Origin: Chamaesiphon sp.
Lineage (GTDB): Bacteria > Cyanobacteriota > Cyanobacteriia > Cyanobacteriales > Chamaesiphonaceae
Length of the DNA: 36,948 bases
Assembly: GCA_965246715.1 (NCBI GenBank)
Contig: CBDFFH010000010.1
Span: 1 to 36,948, forward strand
Direction: 5' to 3'
Shown here piece by piece: positions 1-8,248 of this stretch (position 1 is its first letter; each line of letters begins with the position of its first letter). The notes beneath the pieces are model-generated. The model was not told the origin of the DNA. It worked only from the letters and a program-made list of their open reading frames with translations, and did not search any database. The translations under genes were made by a program, and so were the position numbers.

Positions 1-292
1 TTGGGGGATTAGTTTCAATAATCTCTCCTGGTGGCAAGCCAAACCCCAGTGTAGGAATCCCAGAGGATTCAGAGAAATCGCTGGGGTTGAGCGCAGGTGG
101 CTCATCTTGGTACCTAAGCCACAATTGATACTCCCGTTCTTCTAATTCAACAGTTCTTTTGAGATCTTCTGGGAAAGGGGGTAAAGTGCAAGCATAACTG
201 CGTTCATTCGTACCATTATTATCTTTAATTGTTACAGTAAGTCTCAAGTAGCCGTTAGGAGCATCCTCGATCTTGAAAATAGTAATTGACAT
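1..292 (-). CDS. N-terminal part of a CHAT-domain receptor protein, running off the left end (not in the ORF track)
   Basis: ATG at 292-290, 19 nt downstream of the DUF1822 stop. Open to base 1: MSITIFKIEDAPNGYLRLTVTIKDNNGTNERSYACTLPPFPEDL...YQLWLRY...EIIETNPP. This resembles the N-terminal module (LPP.P.L...Y..W) of cyanobacterial CHAT proteins that follow DUF1822 genes. Confidence 0.75.
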   Translation of the reverse strand, partial: MSITIFKIEDAPNGYLRLTVTIKDNNGTNERSYACTLPPFPEDLKRTVELEEREYQLWLRYQDEPPALNPSDFSESSGIPTLGFGLPPGEIIETNPP

Positions 293-311
293 ATTAGACT
301 ACTGAGTTAAC

Positions 312-1787
312 TTAGACTTTATGAGGTTGTGGAAGTGGAAATTCTTTAATTACTTCAGTATTATCTAAATTTAGACAAATCTTAAAGCGATCTCCAAAAT
401 CTGCACTAAAATATAATTGAATGCTATTACTTGGGACTTCTAGCCTCGAAGTCGCAACAATTTGATTTCCACGAGCGTCAACTAAGAAATTAACATCTCG
501 TGCATCTCGAAGACTCAGTTGCAGCAAGGGAGGTAGAGATAATTCCCCATCGACAAGGTAGAGTCTAACCAAAACAGCTAGCCGATCTTGTGGTGTTTTT
601 ATCCAAGCGACCATCATAGCAATTTTTCTACCTGCAAATTGCCGATCTAATTCTTCAATTATTGCGACAGATGGTGGTAAATCTGGTTTAATAGCCCACA
701 AATATTCAGCAGCTTGCCACCAGACTTTTTCATTTTTGCAATTTTCTAATAATGGCACTAGGTCTTCAACTCCATTTATTCGATGTGGCTGATGCACATC
801 GTTTTGCTGTTGATATACTTTAGCAATCGCTGCTTTAATTTCTTCGGGCGAACTTAATAATGTACCTCTAACACTATCTAATTGAACTTCAATAAAAGGA
901 TCTAGATCTGCGATTGCTTGGGGTGGATGTAGAAAATTTTCTAGCAATATCCAGCCATCACGCTTTAGGTTTTCAAGATACAGTGTTAAATCTTCTGTTG
1001 CCTTATCTATCAGTTTATTTTCTCCAGGTTTTAGATAAGCTTTAAGCCATTTTTCATCATTTAAAATCCCTGCATAATCATTAAAACTCAAATCCAATTT
1101 CCGTAACTGCAATCGCAGCGGCAAACTCGGACGAGCGTTTCGGAACTTACGGATCGTTTCTGGTGCAGTTCGCTCGCTCGCTGACATCAAAGGCTCGATC
1201 GCTCCCTTTGCCGGAACCAGCTTCCCTTGACGATGAAATTCACAAGCCGTAAATAGTACGTCGAGATCCTCAGTCCCATCCATACTGGTAAGCTGATAAT
1301 TCAGAAACACCGAATCGAAATCTGCCCTTTCTTTGAGATCTCGATGGGAGATGAAATTCCACAGACGGATAAATTTACCTTCTAGATCCAACTGCACTGG
1401 TAGATAATAGTCCCCCACCCAATTTGACAAATCTACCCACTCCTTGGGAATCTCGATCTCATTCAAATCTAGCGATTGACTGGGAATACATATCAACCTC
1501 GTCTTACCAACTTGGAGAGCGAATCCATTAACTAATTGCGAGATCGACTGGAGATTTGCTCTATTGTCGATTTTGCAGGGAAACGCCAACTCAACCTCCG
1601 TATCTAAGATCTCACTCAACCAAGCTTTCATGGCTTTCATACAGATCTGGTTGAGTTGAACTCGATCGAGATTGTAGTCCCGATCTGCTAACTGCTCTGT
1701 GGACAGGATGGAATTTAAGTCAAGACTATTGGAAAGGTCGAGCCACTTATGTTCGGGGTAGATGTTGCGAAGAGTAATGGTATCCAT
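312..1787 (-). CDS. DUF1822 family protein
   Basis: Motifs LVNGFALQVGKTRLICIPS, EIEIPKEWVDLSNWVGDYYLPVQLD, IRLWNFISH and C-terminal IQLYFSADFGDRFKICL are typical of cyanobacterial DUF1822. Confidence 0.85.
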   Translation of the reverse strand: MDTITLRNIYPEHKWLDLSNSLDLNSILSTEQLADRDYNLDRVQLNQICMKAMKAWLSEILDTEVELAFPCKIDNRANLQSISQLVNGFALQVGKTRLICIPSQSLDLNEIEIPKEWVDLSNWVGDYYLPVQLDLEGKFIRLWNFISHRDLKERADFDSVFLNYQLTSMDGTEDLDVLFTACEFHRQGKLVPAKGAIEPLMSASERTAPETIRKFRNARPSLPLRLQLRKLDLSFNDYAGILNDEKWLKAYLKPGENKLIDKATEDLTLYLENLKRDGWILLENFLHPPQAIADLDPFIEVQLDSVRGTLLSSPEEIKAAIAKVYQQQNDVHQPHRINGVEDLVPLLENCKNEKVWWQAAEYLWAIKPDLPPSVAIIEELDRQFAGRKIAMMVAWIKTPQDRLAVLVRLYLVDGELSLPPLLQLSLRDARDVNFLVDARGNQIVATSRLEVPSNSIQLYFSADFGDRFKICLNLDNTEVIKEFPLPQPHKV

Positions 1788-1986
1788 AATCGATATCGTT
1801 CTAGGTTTACAGTTATTAATTGAGTAAGATTTGCTAAGTTTATGTGGAAGGTTGTAAAGATCGAGCGATTACTTCCTCGATCGCCTGTTGAGCCACGCTA
1901 CTGCCAAGATCGAGTCTGCTTGCGTTCTGAATTGTCTCGGTAACGCGCTGGGTGAATTTAGAGCGATCGGAGTCTGATATTGCCAT

Positions 1987-3744
1987 CTATGGCTGAATTC
2001 CTAATGGCTGGACAATCCGATTCACAACTTGGTAAAAATATTCTCTCAGCAGGCTGGGTTCTGTGTTTGAGACTTGTACTTTTAGTATAGGTTTCATTTC
2101 CGCGATCCTTGCTTTGATATCGCTCTCGGTAATGTTATTCGATGTAGTTTCGGCTTGATTCATGCTGACGATCAGGTTTCTCGCCAAAGCGTCAAGAGCG
2201 TCGCTCACTCTATCTGAAGCACCGCCTGGATTGGGATGGGCTAAACCAAAGTTTGAGTGTAAAACTTGACTGATTTCAGCCATACCTAACGACAAACCAT
2301 ACCGCAACCATAATATTTGCTGATGCGATGGTCTTCTGGGATTATTGGGTGATAGTTGAAAAAATTCGTCTAAGTATTGGGTTAATTGTGGCAATAGCTT
2401 TTTGAATAATTCACGTTCGGTAAATTCTTCCGGCGTTTCGCTAGTGTCATCGCTAACTAAATCTCCAATTTCTGTATTTCCATCGGTTCCACCAACTACT
2501 ATATTAAAACTGTCTGGGTTATCGATCTTACCGACATGATTGCGAATCGTTCTCCCGATCGCTCTCAAAAATGTCTTTACTGCCTTAGCACTGAGTTGGG
2601 TATGCGAACTCAGATAACTACGAAATCCCTCGATCGTCTGAAGATATTGCGGTAAGTCAGAATTGGGAGAAATAATCTGAAAATGCGATTTTCGATTTTG
2701 ATACCAATCATTTATGGTTGCTAGATCTCTTTTTTTATCACTATCTGCAAGAGCAGCCAATTTCTGTGTATATAAATCTCCAATATCTACATAATTATCA
2801 TTATTTAATCGATCGTCTAATGAATCGAAGTTATTTTGTCCAGAAATTTGGGATAAACACTCCTTCAAACACCGAACTAATATCTCGCATCGCTTTGATA
2901 ATTCATCTGTCCCGCTCGAATCAAAAAATATGTGTGGAGCGAGCGAGTTAATTATTTCCTGCCTCAATCCATCTTGGTTGGGGTTAGGATATTTTTTGCA
3001 ACTTATTTCTTCAATTGTTGTGCGGGAAATCTTCTGTAAACTGACAGCCGTATTTAGCAAAATGTAAGGCGTGTTGCTACTCGTGAGTACCCCCAGATCG
3101 GATAAACCAGGATAACCACCTTCATCCATTCGCAGACTCGAATTAAGCCCATTGCGGATGGTACGAAACGACCAAGCACCAAGAGCGTTAAGCAGGTTGG
3201 GATGGGGATCTGTAAGATTGAATCTTCTAAACATCAGATGTGGAAAGTCATGCCACATCTTAGGTGTCTCTGTTGTATCTTCTGGATTTTCTCTACTTTT
3301 GAGTAAATAACTTTCAGTGAGTAGAGAATAGAACTTTTCTGGCGTTCGCAGATTAGATGGAAGTCTATTCCACATAAATCTTACTACTTTGTAATAAGCA
3401 TTTCGATAATAGCTGCCCCATAGAGCGCGAATTTGCCGATCTTCAGGATCGTTGCGCCGTAGTCGCTGAAATAGTGCCAAGACTACTCGATCGATTATCG
3501 TTGCTGGATCGCACCCCTGAGCCTTTGCCACAGAGTCTATCCATACTTGAAAATAACCCTCGAATTCTGCTGCATTTATCCATTGTGGCAACTCTGGACA
3601 CTCAGGATAGATGCCATTGCATACATCTCTTAAGAATTGGGATGGGGACAAAACCGCAAACCGAGCGCGAACCCCCAATCCACCATCTTTTGCTGGATAA
3701 AAGCTAATATCAGACAATTGAGAATAAAAATCAGTGAATGGCAT
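1987..3744 (-). CDS. Divergent sigma-70/ECF-like (region-4 HTH) protein of the type found upstream of DUF1822 genes
   Basis: C-terminal DSFNIVVG...EIGDLVSD (SLD-like linker) followed by QQILWLRYGLSLGMAEISQVL HTH; position directly upstream of DUF1822. ATG at 3744 preferred over TTG at 3750. Confidence 0.6.
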   Translation of the reverse strand: MPFTDFYSQLSDISFYPAKDGGLGVRARFAVLSPSQFLRDVCNGIYPECPELPQWINAAEFEGYFQVWIDSVAKAQGCDPATIIDRVVLALFQRLRRNDPEDRQIRALWGSYYRNAYYKVVRFMWNRLPSNLRTPEKFYSLLTESYLLKSRENPEDTTETPKMWHDFPHLMFRRFNLTDPHPNLLNALGAWSFRTIRNGLNSSLRMDEGGYPGLSDLGVLTSSNTPYILLNTAVSLQKISRTTIEEISCKKYPNPNQDGLRQEIINSLAPHIFFDSSGTDELSKRCEILVRCLKECLSQISGQNNFDSLDDRLNNDNYVDIGDLYTQKLAALADSDKKRDLATINDWYQNRKSHFQIISPNSDLPQYLQTIEGFRSYLSSHTQLSAKAVKTFLRAIGRTIRNHVGKIDNPDSFNIVVGGTDGNTEIGDLVSDDTSETPEEFTERELFKKLLPQLTQYLDEFFQLSPNNPRRPSHQQILWLRYGLSLGMAEISQVLHSNFGLAHPNPGGASDRVSDALDALARNLIVSMNQAETTSNNITESDIKARIAEMKPILKVQVSNTEPSLLREYFYQVVNRIVQPLGIQP

Positions 3745-3762
3745 TGGCAAAATCAGTGGATG

Positions 3763-3780
3763 TTATGGATGTATCCATAA
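3763..3780. promoter_or_regulatory. 8-bp perfect inverted repeat, possible operator of the sigma-like/DUF1822/CHAT operon
   Basis: TTATGGAT-GT-ATCCATAA about 20 bp upstream of the start codon, with extra TGGAT copies on both sides. Confidence 0.35.
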
Positions 3781-3890
3781 TTTTGATGGATATATTTTAC
3801 TTGGGTCGAGCGGACTGCTAAGTTAAGCTTTTAGTTACAAAAATTAATAATTTTGCTTGCTCAACAATTATTAGCTAAATTTACAGTATC

Positions 3891-4916
3891 CTACGATCGC
3901 TCTGAATCCGTCGGCTTAAATACGCTTACCCCCAACTTTAACCCTGGATTATTAGCCCAGCGATCGCCTACATGGGTATAAATCGCCGTCGTCCGCAGAT
4001 CCGCATGACCCAATAAATCCTGTACCTGGTGCAAACTCACACCATTCTGCACCGCTAGAGTCCCCGCCGTATGCCGCAAACTATGTGCCGAGATCTTCCG
4101 CCCTGGCTGGACTTTCAAATCTGCCGCATTCAAATAATGGTCTACCAGATACCGCATCCCCCGCCGCGATAAACGCCCCCCAGGAGCCTGATGGGAAAAA
4201 TTAATAAACAACGGGTCGGTTAAAGTACTATCAAACCCTGCCGCCCGTCTGAGGGTCAAATACACATCCAATAACTTCGCCAGTTCGGGAGTTAAGGGAA
4301 TCGTCCGCACGCGGCGTTTGCCCTCTAACTTCAACCCGACATCCTTTCCCAACCGTTTGATATCTTCTAAATTGCAGCGATATAACTCTACCGTCCGCGT
4401 CCCCTCGATCGTCATCAAACCGAGCAACAACCTGTCTCTGACCAACTTCAACTCATTACGGTGGTCGATGCCTTGGAGCAACCGATTCGCCTCATCCTGC
4501 TCCAAATAGGTAATCGTTTCCGCTGGATGGGTAGAACTACGCGGTGGTTTGATGCCCAGAGCGGGATTGTAAATCATTAACCCATACTCGATCGCCGCAT
4601 CGTAAAAGCGTCTTACTGCCGCTAATTTCAACGCGATCGTATTCCGCCCATACCCATGCCCGATGATGTAGTGACGATAAAGCTTAATCGTCTCGCGATT
4701 CGCCGCCGCCGGATCGACGGAGTTGGTTTGACACCAGTTCAGGTAGGCTTTAACTTGACTCCAATAGGCGACAATCGTTTCCGCACTAGCCGCACCATCG
4801 GCGATATCAAAAGTCAAAAAGTGGGTAAACACCCGAATCAGATTGTCCGCATCGAGGACTCTAGGACTGTTTTCAGTCGTACTGCTGGCGACGTGAGTAG
4901 GTATTGGCTCATCCAT
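3891..4916 (-). CDS. Tyrosine recombinase (XerC/D-like integrase/resolvase)
   Basis: SAM-like N-terminus; catalytic residues visible in GTRTVE, HSLRH, LLGHAD and TTAIYTH. Confidence 0.93.
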   Translation of the reverse strand: MDEPIPTHVASSTTENSPRVLDADNLIRVFTHFLTFDIADGAASAETIVAYWSQVKAYLNWCQTNSVDPAAANRETIKLYRHYIIGHGYGRNTIALKLAAVRRFYDAAIEYGLMIYNPALGIKPPRSSTHPAETITYLEQDEANRLLQGIDHRNELKLVRDRLLLGLMTIEGTRTVELYRCNLEDIKRLGKDVGLKLEGKRRVRTIPLTPELAKLLDVYLTLRRAAGFDSTLTDPLFINFSHQAPGGRLSRRGMRYLVDHYLNAADLKVQPGRKISAHSLRHTAGTLAVQNGVSLHQVQDLLGHADLRTTAIYTHVGDRWANNPGLKLGVSVFKPTDSERS

Positions 4917-5067
4917 ATCGAGATCGCCTGTGTCACATTAGTATGAATATTGCGCGTGCGAAAATCTAAAATTAGTAGATGTCAAGCCATCTGTCCCAAA
5001 CCGCGATTACTGAACGACTCAGACGATCTTAGCTTGTTTGTCAGTACCAACCACAAATAAATTAATT

Positions 5068-5418
5068 ATGGCTAGCAACAAACCAAAACAACCAACGCAA
5101 GGCAACAGGATGGCAGTTACGAGTAGCAACGAAAGCAAACAGCCAGAGCGACGACGTAGCGGTACGATTAACCTGCGAGTAGGCGAAGCCCAGAAAGAGG
5201 TAATCGAGCGAGCGGCGGCGATTCAGGGTAAGAGTCGGACGGCATTTATCCTCGATGCTGCTTATCGCTCGGCAACAAGCTTCCTATTAGATCGCAAGTT
5301 TTTTCTAGTTGACGATGCCACATTTGAGGCATTTGAACGACAACTAGAAGCTACACCAGATCCCCAGCAATGGACAGCATTGAAAGCGTTGTTAGAACGT
5401 CCTGCCCCGTGGGATTAA
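5068..5418 (+). CDS. DUF1778 (TacA-like RHH) antitoxin, with no adjacent GNAT toxin
   Basis: INLRV...KEVIERAAAIQGKSRTAFILDAAYRSA...LLDRKFFLVD...F...L...P...LL..PAPW. Start uncertain (5068 or 5110). Confidence 0.85.
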   Translation: MASNKPKQPTQGNRMAVTSSNESKQPERRRSGTINLRVGEAQKEVIERAAAIQGKSRTAFILDAAYRSATSFLLDRKFFLVDDATFEAFERQLEATPDPQQWTALKALLERPAPWD

Positions 5419-5441
5419 TCGAACATCGCTCCCTCGCTCCT

Positions 5442-6086
5442 TCAACTCCTCAAGCGGACTTCGCCAGCTCCCGTCCTTGCCAATAAAGAGCGGATTATCG
5501 AACCAAAAATCCGCCACCCTACCAAACTCAAACTGCCAATTCGAGTAGCCACTAACAATCGTTCCAACTCAATCTGGACGATGCCATCAAATAACACCGC
5601 ATTTGCCAGCGTATCCGGCGGATCTTGCGGTAGTGGCGGTAAATACAACCGTTGGGTCGATTGAAACTTCAACAACTGTCCTAACAAATCCTGCACTTGA
5701 GGAGTATCCACCGTAATGGGTTGAATCCGCAACAACGCCGCATATTCTCGCCGACCTGGTACCAAATCGCAAGTAGCCGTAGCCACCACAAACTTCATCC
5801 CAGTCAACCTTTCACCCAGTAAATAAGCCGCCTCCGTACTGACAATATCGCCTTGCAATAAACTAAACCTGTCCTCAGTTGGCTCAATTGCACCACTAGC
5901 GACAGCATCATCATAATCCAGCGGACTCCGAACCAAAGCACCTGGCGCATTAAATACCTGCTGTCGCTGCTTAGTTTTCCCCAACCCTTGAGCAAAACTT
6001 CTCACTAACTGTACCGCTCTCTCATCGTGAGATAAATCCCTCAATGCGACTTCTAGAGCGGCTAAATCCATCGGTAAATCTGACAC
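5442..6086 (-). CDS. Hypothetical protein, possible PemK/MazF-like fold toxin
   Basis: 214 aa ORF with LLQGDIV...FVVATATCDLV...LLRIQPI...LYLPP pattern; 4 nt downstream of the 145 aa ORF. Confidence 0.55.
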   Translation of the reverse strand: MSDLPMDLAALEVALRDLSHDERAVQLVRSFAQGLGKTKQRQQVFNAPGALVRSPLDYDDAVASGAIEPTEDRFSLLQGDIVSTEAAYLLGERLTGMKFVVATATCDLVPGRREYAALLRIQPITVDTPQVQDLLGQLLKFQSTQRLYLPPLPQDPPDTLANAVLFDGIVQIELERLLVATRIGSLSLVGWRIFGSIIRSLLARTGAGEVRLRS

Positions 6087-6090
6087 GCGC

Positions 6091-6528
6091 TTACCCTAAT
6101 GGACGAGCGAGGGATGCTGGAGTGAGGATGACTTCATCCTCTGACTCAACGGGGATATCTTCAGGTGCCAACGGTGGAAAACTAGATCTCGTTGGTAAAA
6201 CAGTGGATACACTCCCTAACATGGAGACTGTTTCGACTAATAAAGCTAAAGTATCCGCATCAGTTGGATGATTTTCGACTACCCGCACGGCTCTCATCAC
6301 CACGCTTAAACCCTGCTGGAGTCGTTCTACATCGGTCGCTAGTCCTACTAGGTGTTGGAAGTCAGTTTCACTGAGAATGCGATACTGTCCGGTTTTAGTC
6401 TGGAGCGTACCGACAGTTCCAGGGGTAATAGTTGTCAGAGCATTAGCACCAGATGTCCGAAACTGCTCGAAAGAGTTCCAGTGGGCGGTAGGAGCTAATT
6501 TGAGGTGAGGTGTCGAGCGGGCAAACAT
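6091..6528 (-). CDS. Hypothetical protein, possible Phd/YefM-like antitoxin
   Basis: WNSFEQFR...L...GTVGTL..KTGQYRILSETDFQHL N-terminus, then a coiled segment and an acidic tail (EDIPVESEDE). Confidence 0.55.
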   Translation of the reverse strand: MFARSTPHLKLAPTAHWNSFEQFRTSGANALTTITPGTVGTLQTKTGQYRILSETDFQHLVGLATDVERLQQGLSVVMRAVRVVENHPTDADTLALLVETVSMLGSVSTVLPTRSSFPPLAPEDIPVESEDEVILTPASLARPLG

Positions 6529-6671
6529 GACGGTTGTGAATGGAGAGACGATCTTAGTTTATCAAATTACCAATGTTTTAACAATGATTATCGTTGGCTT
6601 GAAGTTAACCGATGATAATCCGTCACCAGACCGCCTGCTTGTTAACATGGCTTCCGTGCTATCATGTTATG

Positions 6672-7016
6672 ATGATAGTGTCATTCAAAAATACTGAAAC
6701 AGAAGACATCTTCAACGGTGCGAGTACGAAGGCAGCGCGGAAGCTTTGTCCAGAATCGATATGGAGAGTGGCGACTAGGAAACTCGACCAAATCGATTCT
6801 GTCATTAGTGTTGAGGAATTGAGCGTGCCACCAGGAAACCGTTTGGAGAAGTTGACGGGTGACAGGGCGAAAAGTGCGGTCTTGGGGTTTCCCCAAGTGG
6901 AGCACCTTTTCAAGAGAGACGGACAATATAGCATTCGGATCAACGACCAGTATCGAATCTGCTTTTGGTGGTCGGATGTGGGTGCCCAAGAAGTAGAAAT
7001 TGTCGATTATCACTAA
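6672..7016 (+). CDS. higB: HigB (RelE/ParE superfamily) toxin carrying a 17-aa in-frame insertion
   Basis: MIVSFKN..TEDIF.G...RKLDQ...L.VPPGNRLEKL.GDR[insert]DGQYSIRINDQYRICF.W...EVEIVDYH. Confidence 0.9.
   Translation: MIVSFKNTETEDIFNGASTKAARKLCPESIWRVATRKLDQIDSVISVEELSVPPGNRLEKLTGDRAKSAVLGFPQVEHLFKRDGQYSIRINDQYRICFWWSDVGAQEVEIVDYH
6867..6917 (+). repeat. 51-bp palindromic small dispersed repeat-like insertion in higB
   Basis: Outer stem GAAAAGTGC...GCACCTTTTC around inner hairpin CTTGGGG-TTT-CCCCAAG. Removing it restores the canonical GDRDGQYSIRIN motif. Confidence 0.8.
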
Positions 7017-7034
7017 GTTTGGAGCGTAATTATC

Positions 7035-7343
7035 ATGGTTCGAGTACCCACTCATCGTTCGCCCACCCATCCAGGGGAAATGCTCCTGACCGAATTTTTA
7101 GAGCCGATGGGATTAACTCAAAAAGAGTTAGCCGATGCCATCTACGTGCCCTATCAACGGATTAATGAGATCGTGAATGGGAAACGGGGTGTCACCCCTA
7201 GTACGGCTTTGCGACTGGCTAAATTTTTCAACGTTTCTAGTGACTTCTGGTTAAATTTACAAATCCGCTGGGATCTGTACCATGCAAATGAGTCAGAGGC
7301 GCAAACAGTGGAGAAGATTCAGGTATATCAAGCGGTCGAGTAA
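7035..7343 (+). CDS. higA: HigA antitoxin (XRE HTH)
   Basis: PTHPGEMLLTEFLEPMGLTQKELA...RINEIVNGKRGVTPSTALRLAKFF..S.DFWLNLQ. Confidence 0.93.
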   Translation: MVRVPTHRSPTHPGEMLLTEFLEPMGLTQKELADAIYVPYQRINEIVNGKRGVTPSTALRLAKFFNVSSDFWLNLQIRWDLYHANESEAQTVEKIQVYQAVE

Positions 7344-7566
7344 GAAATTAGATGAAATCCGACTGGGTTGATGTGGTGCTGTCTTGGTGGAGTGGGTGGT
7401 AATGACGATGGTAAGTTTGCTACCGCTAACATCCTTTACTGGTAGCAAACTGGATTCACCCTTGGCTGGGATAGTCGATCTTCCCGATCCACAGCGGTCG
7501 ATCTCACCCGCAATGCTAAGGTATGTCTGATAAGCTAAAGATAGATGAGTACATGGGAGAGGCATC

Positions 7567-7776
7567 ATGTCTACTGAAACTCTAGAGCAGCGGCTGTCCG
7601 CCGTAGAAACTGCTATTGCTGAATTAAAACAACAAAACAGCAGTCAATCGGCTAACTGGTTAGAGCAAATTACTGGCTCATTTAAAGACGATCCGATCTT
7701 TGATGAAGTTTTAGCTTACGGGCGGGAATTTCGCAATAGCGACCGTCCGCACGATGACGAGCAGACAGATTCGTGA
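7567..7776 (+). CDS. Small putative antitoxin (VapB role)
   Basis: 69 aa LEQRL..VE..IAELK...WLEQITGSFKDDPIFDEVL.YGREFR; overlaps the PIN gene by GTGA. Confidence 0.75.
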   Translation: MSTETLEQRLSAVETAIAELKQQNSSQSANWLEQITGSFKDDPIFDEVLAYGREFRNSDRPHDDEQTDS

Positions 7777-8204
7777 GATATTTACTCGATACCGACCATT
7801 TGAGCATCTTGCAGAAGTCTACAGGTCAAGATTACGCTTGTTTATCGGCGCGGATGGCGAAAATTTCCATTTCTGAATTTGGGATAACGATCGTGACCAT
7901 CCACGAACAGTTTCTCGGCAGTCATACCTACATCAATCGCGCGCGTAACTCCGAGCAGTTAGTTAGGGGCTATGAGTTCATGACCAAGCTGGTGAGAGAT
8001 TTGAAAATTATCCCCGTCGTTCGATTCGATGAGAGAGCCGCAGCCATATTTGATAACTTACAGTCGCAACGGATTAAATTAGGGACGATGGATCTGCGAA
8101 TTGCTGCGATTGCTCGCGCGCATGAATTGGTGTTGTTGACCCGCAATCATCAAGATTTTATCAAGGTGCCGGAATTAGTGACTGAAGATTGGACTCAGCC
8201 ATAA
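7773..8204 (+). CDS. vapC: PIN-domain VapC toxin
   Basis: YLLDTDHLS, E in TIHEQ, MDLRIAAIA and LLTRNHQDF motifs. Confidence 0.92.
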   Translation: MRYLLDTDHLSILQKSTGQDYACLSARMAKISISEFGITIVTIHEQFLGSHTYINRARNSEQLVRGYEFMTKLVRDLKIIPVVRFDERAAAIFDNLQSQRIKLGTMDLRIAAIARAHELVLLTRNHQDFIKVPELVTEDWTQP

Positions 8205-8248
8205 TCTAAAATTCATAACATGATTATTTGGAATTGTTTTTAATATTT

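Noticed and set aside
7293..7568. 91 aa ORF between higA and the vap operon
   Set aside because: Antisense, overlaps both neighbours, no motif.
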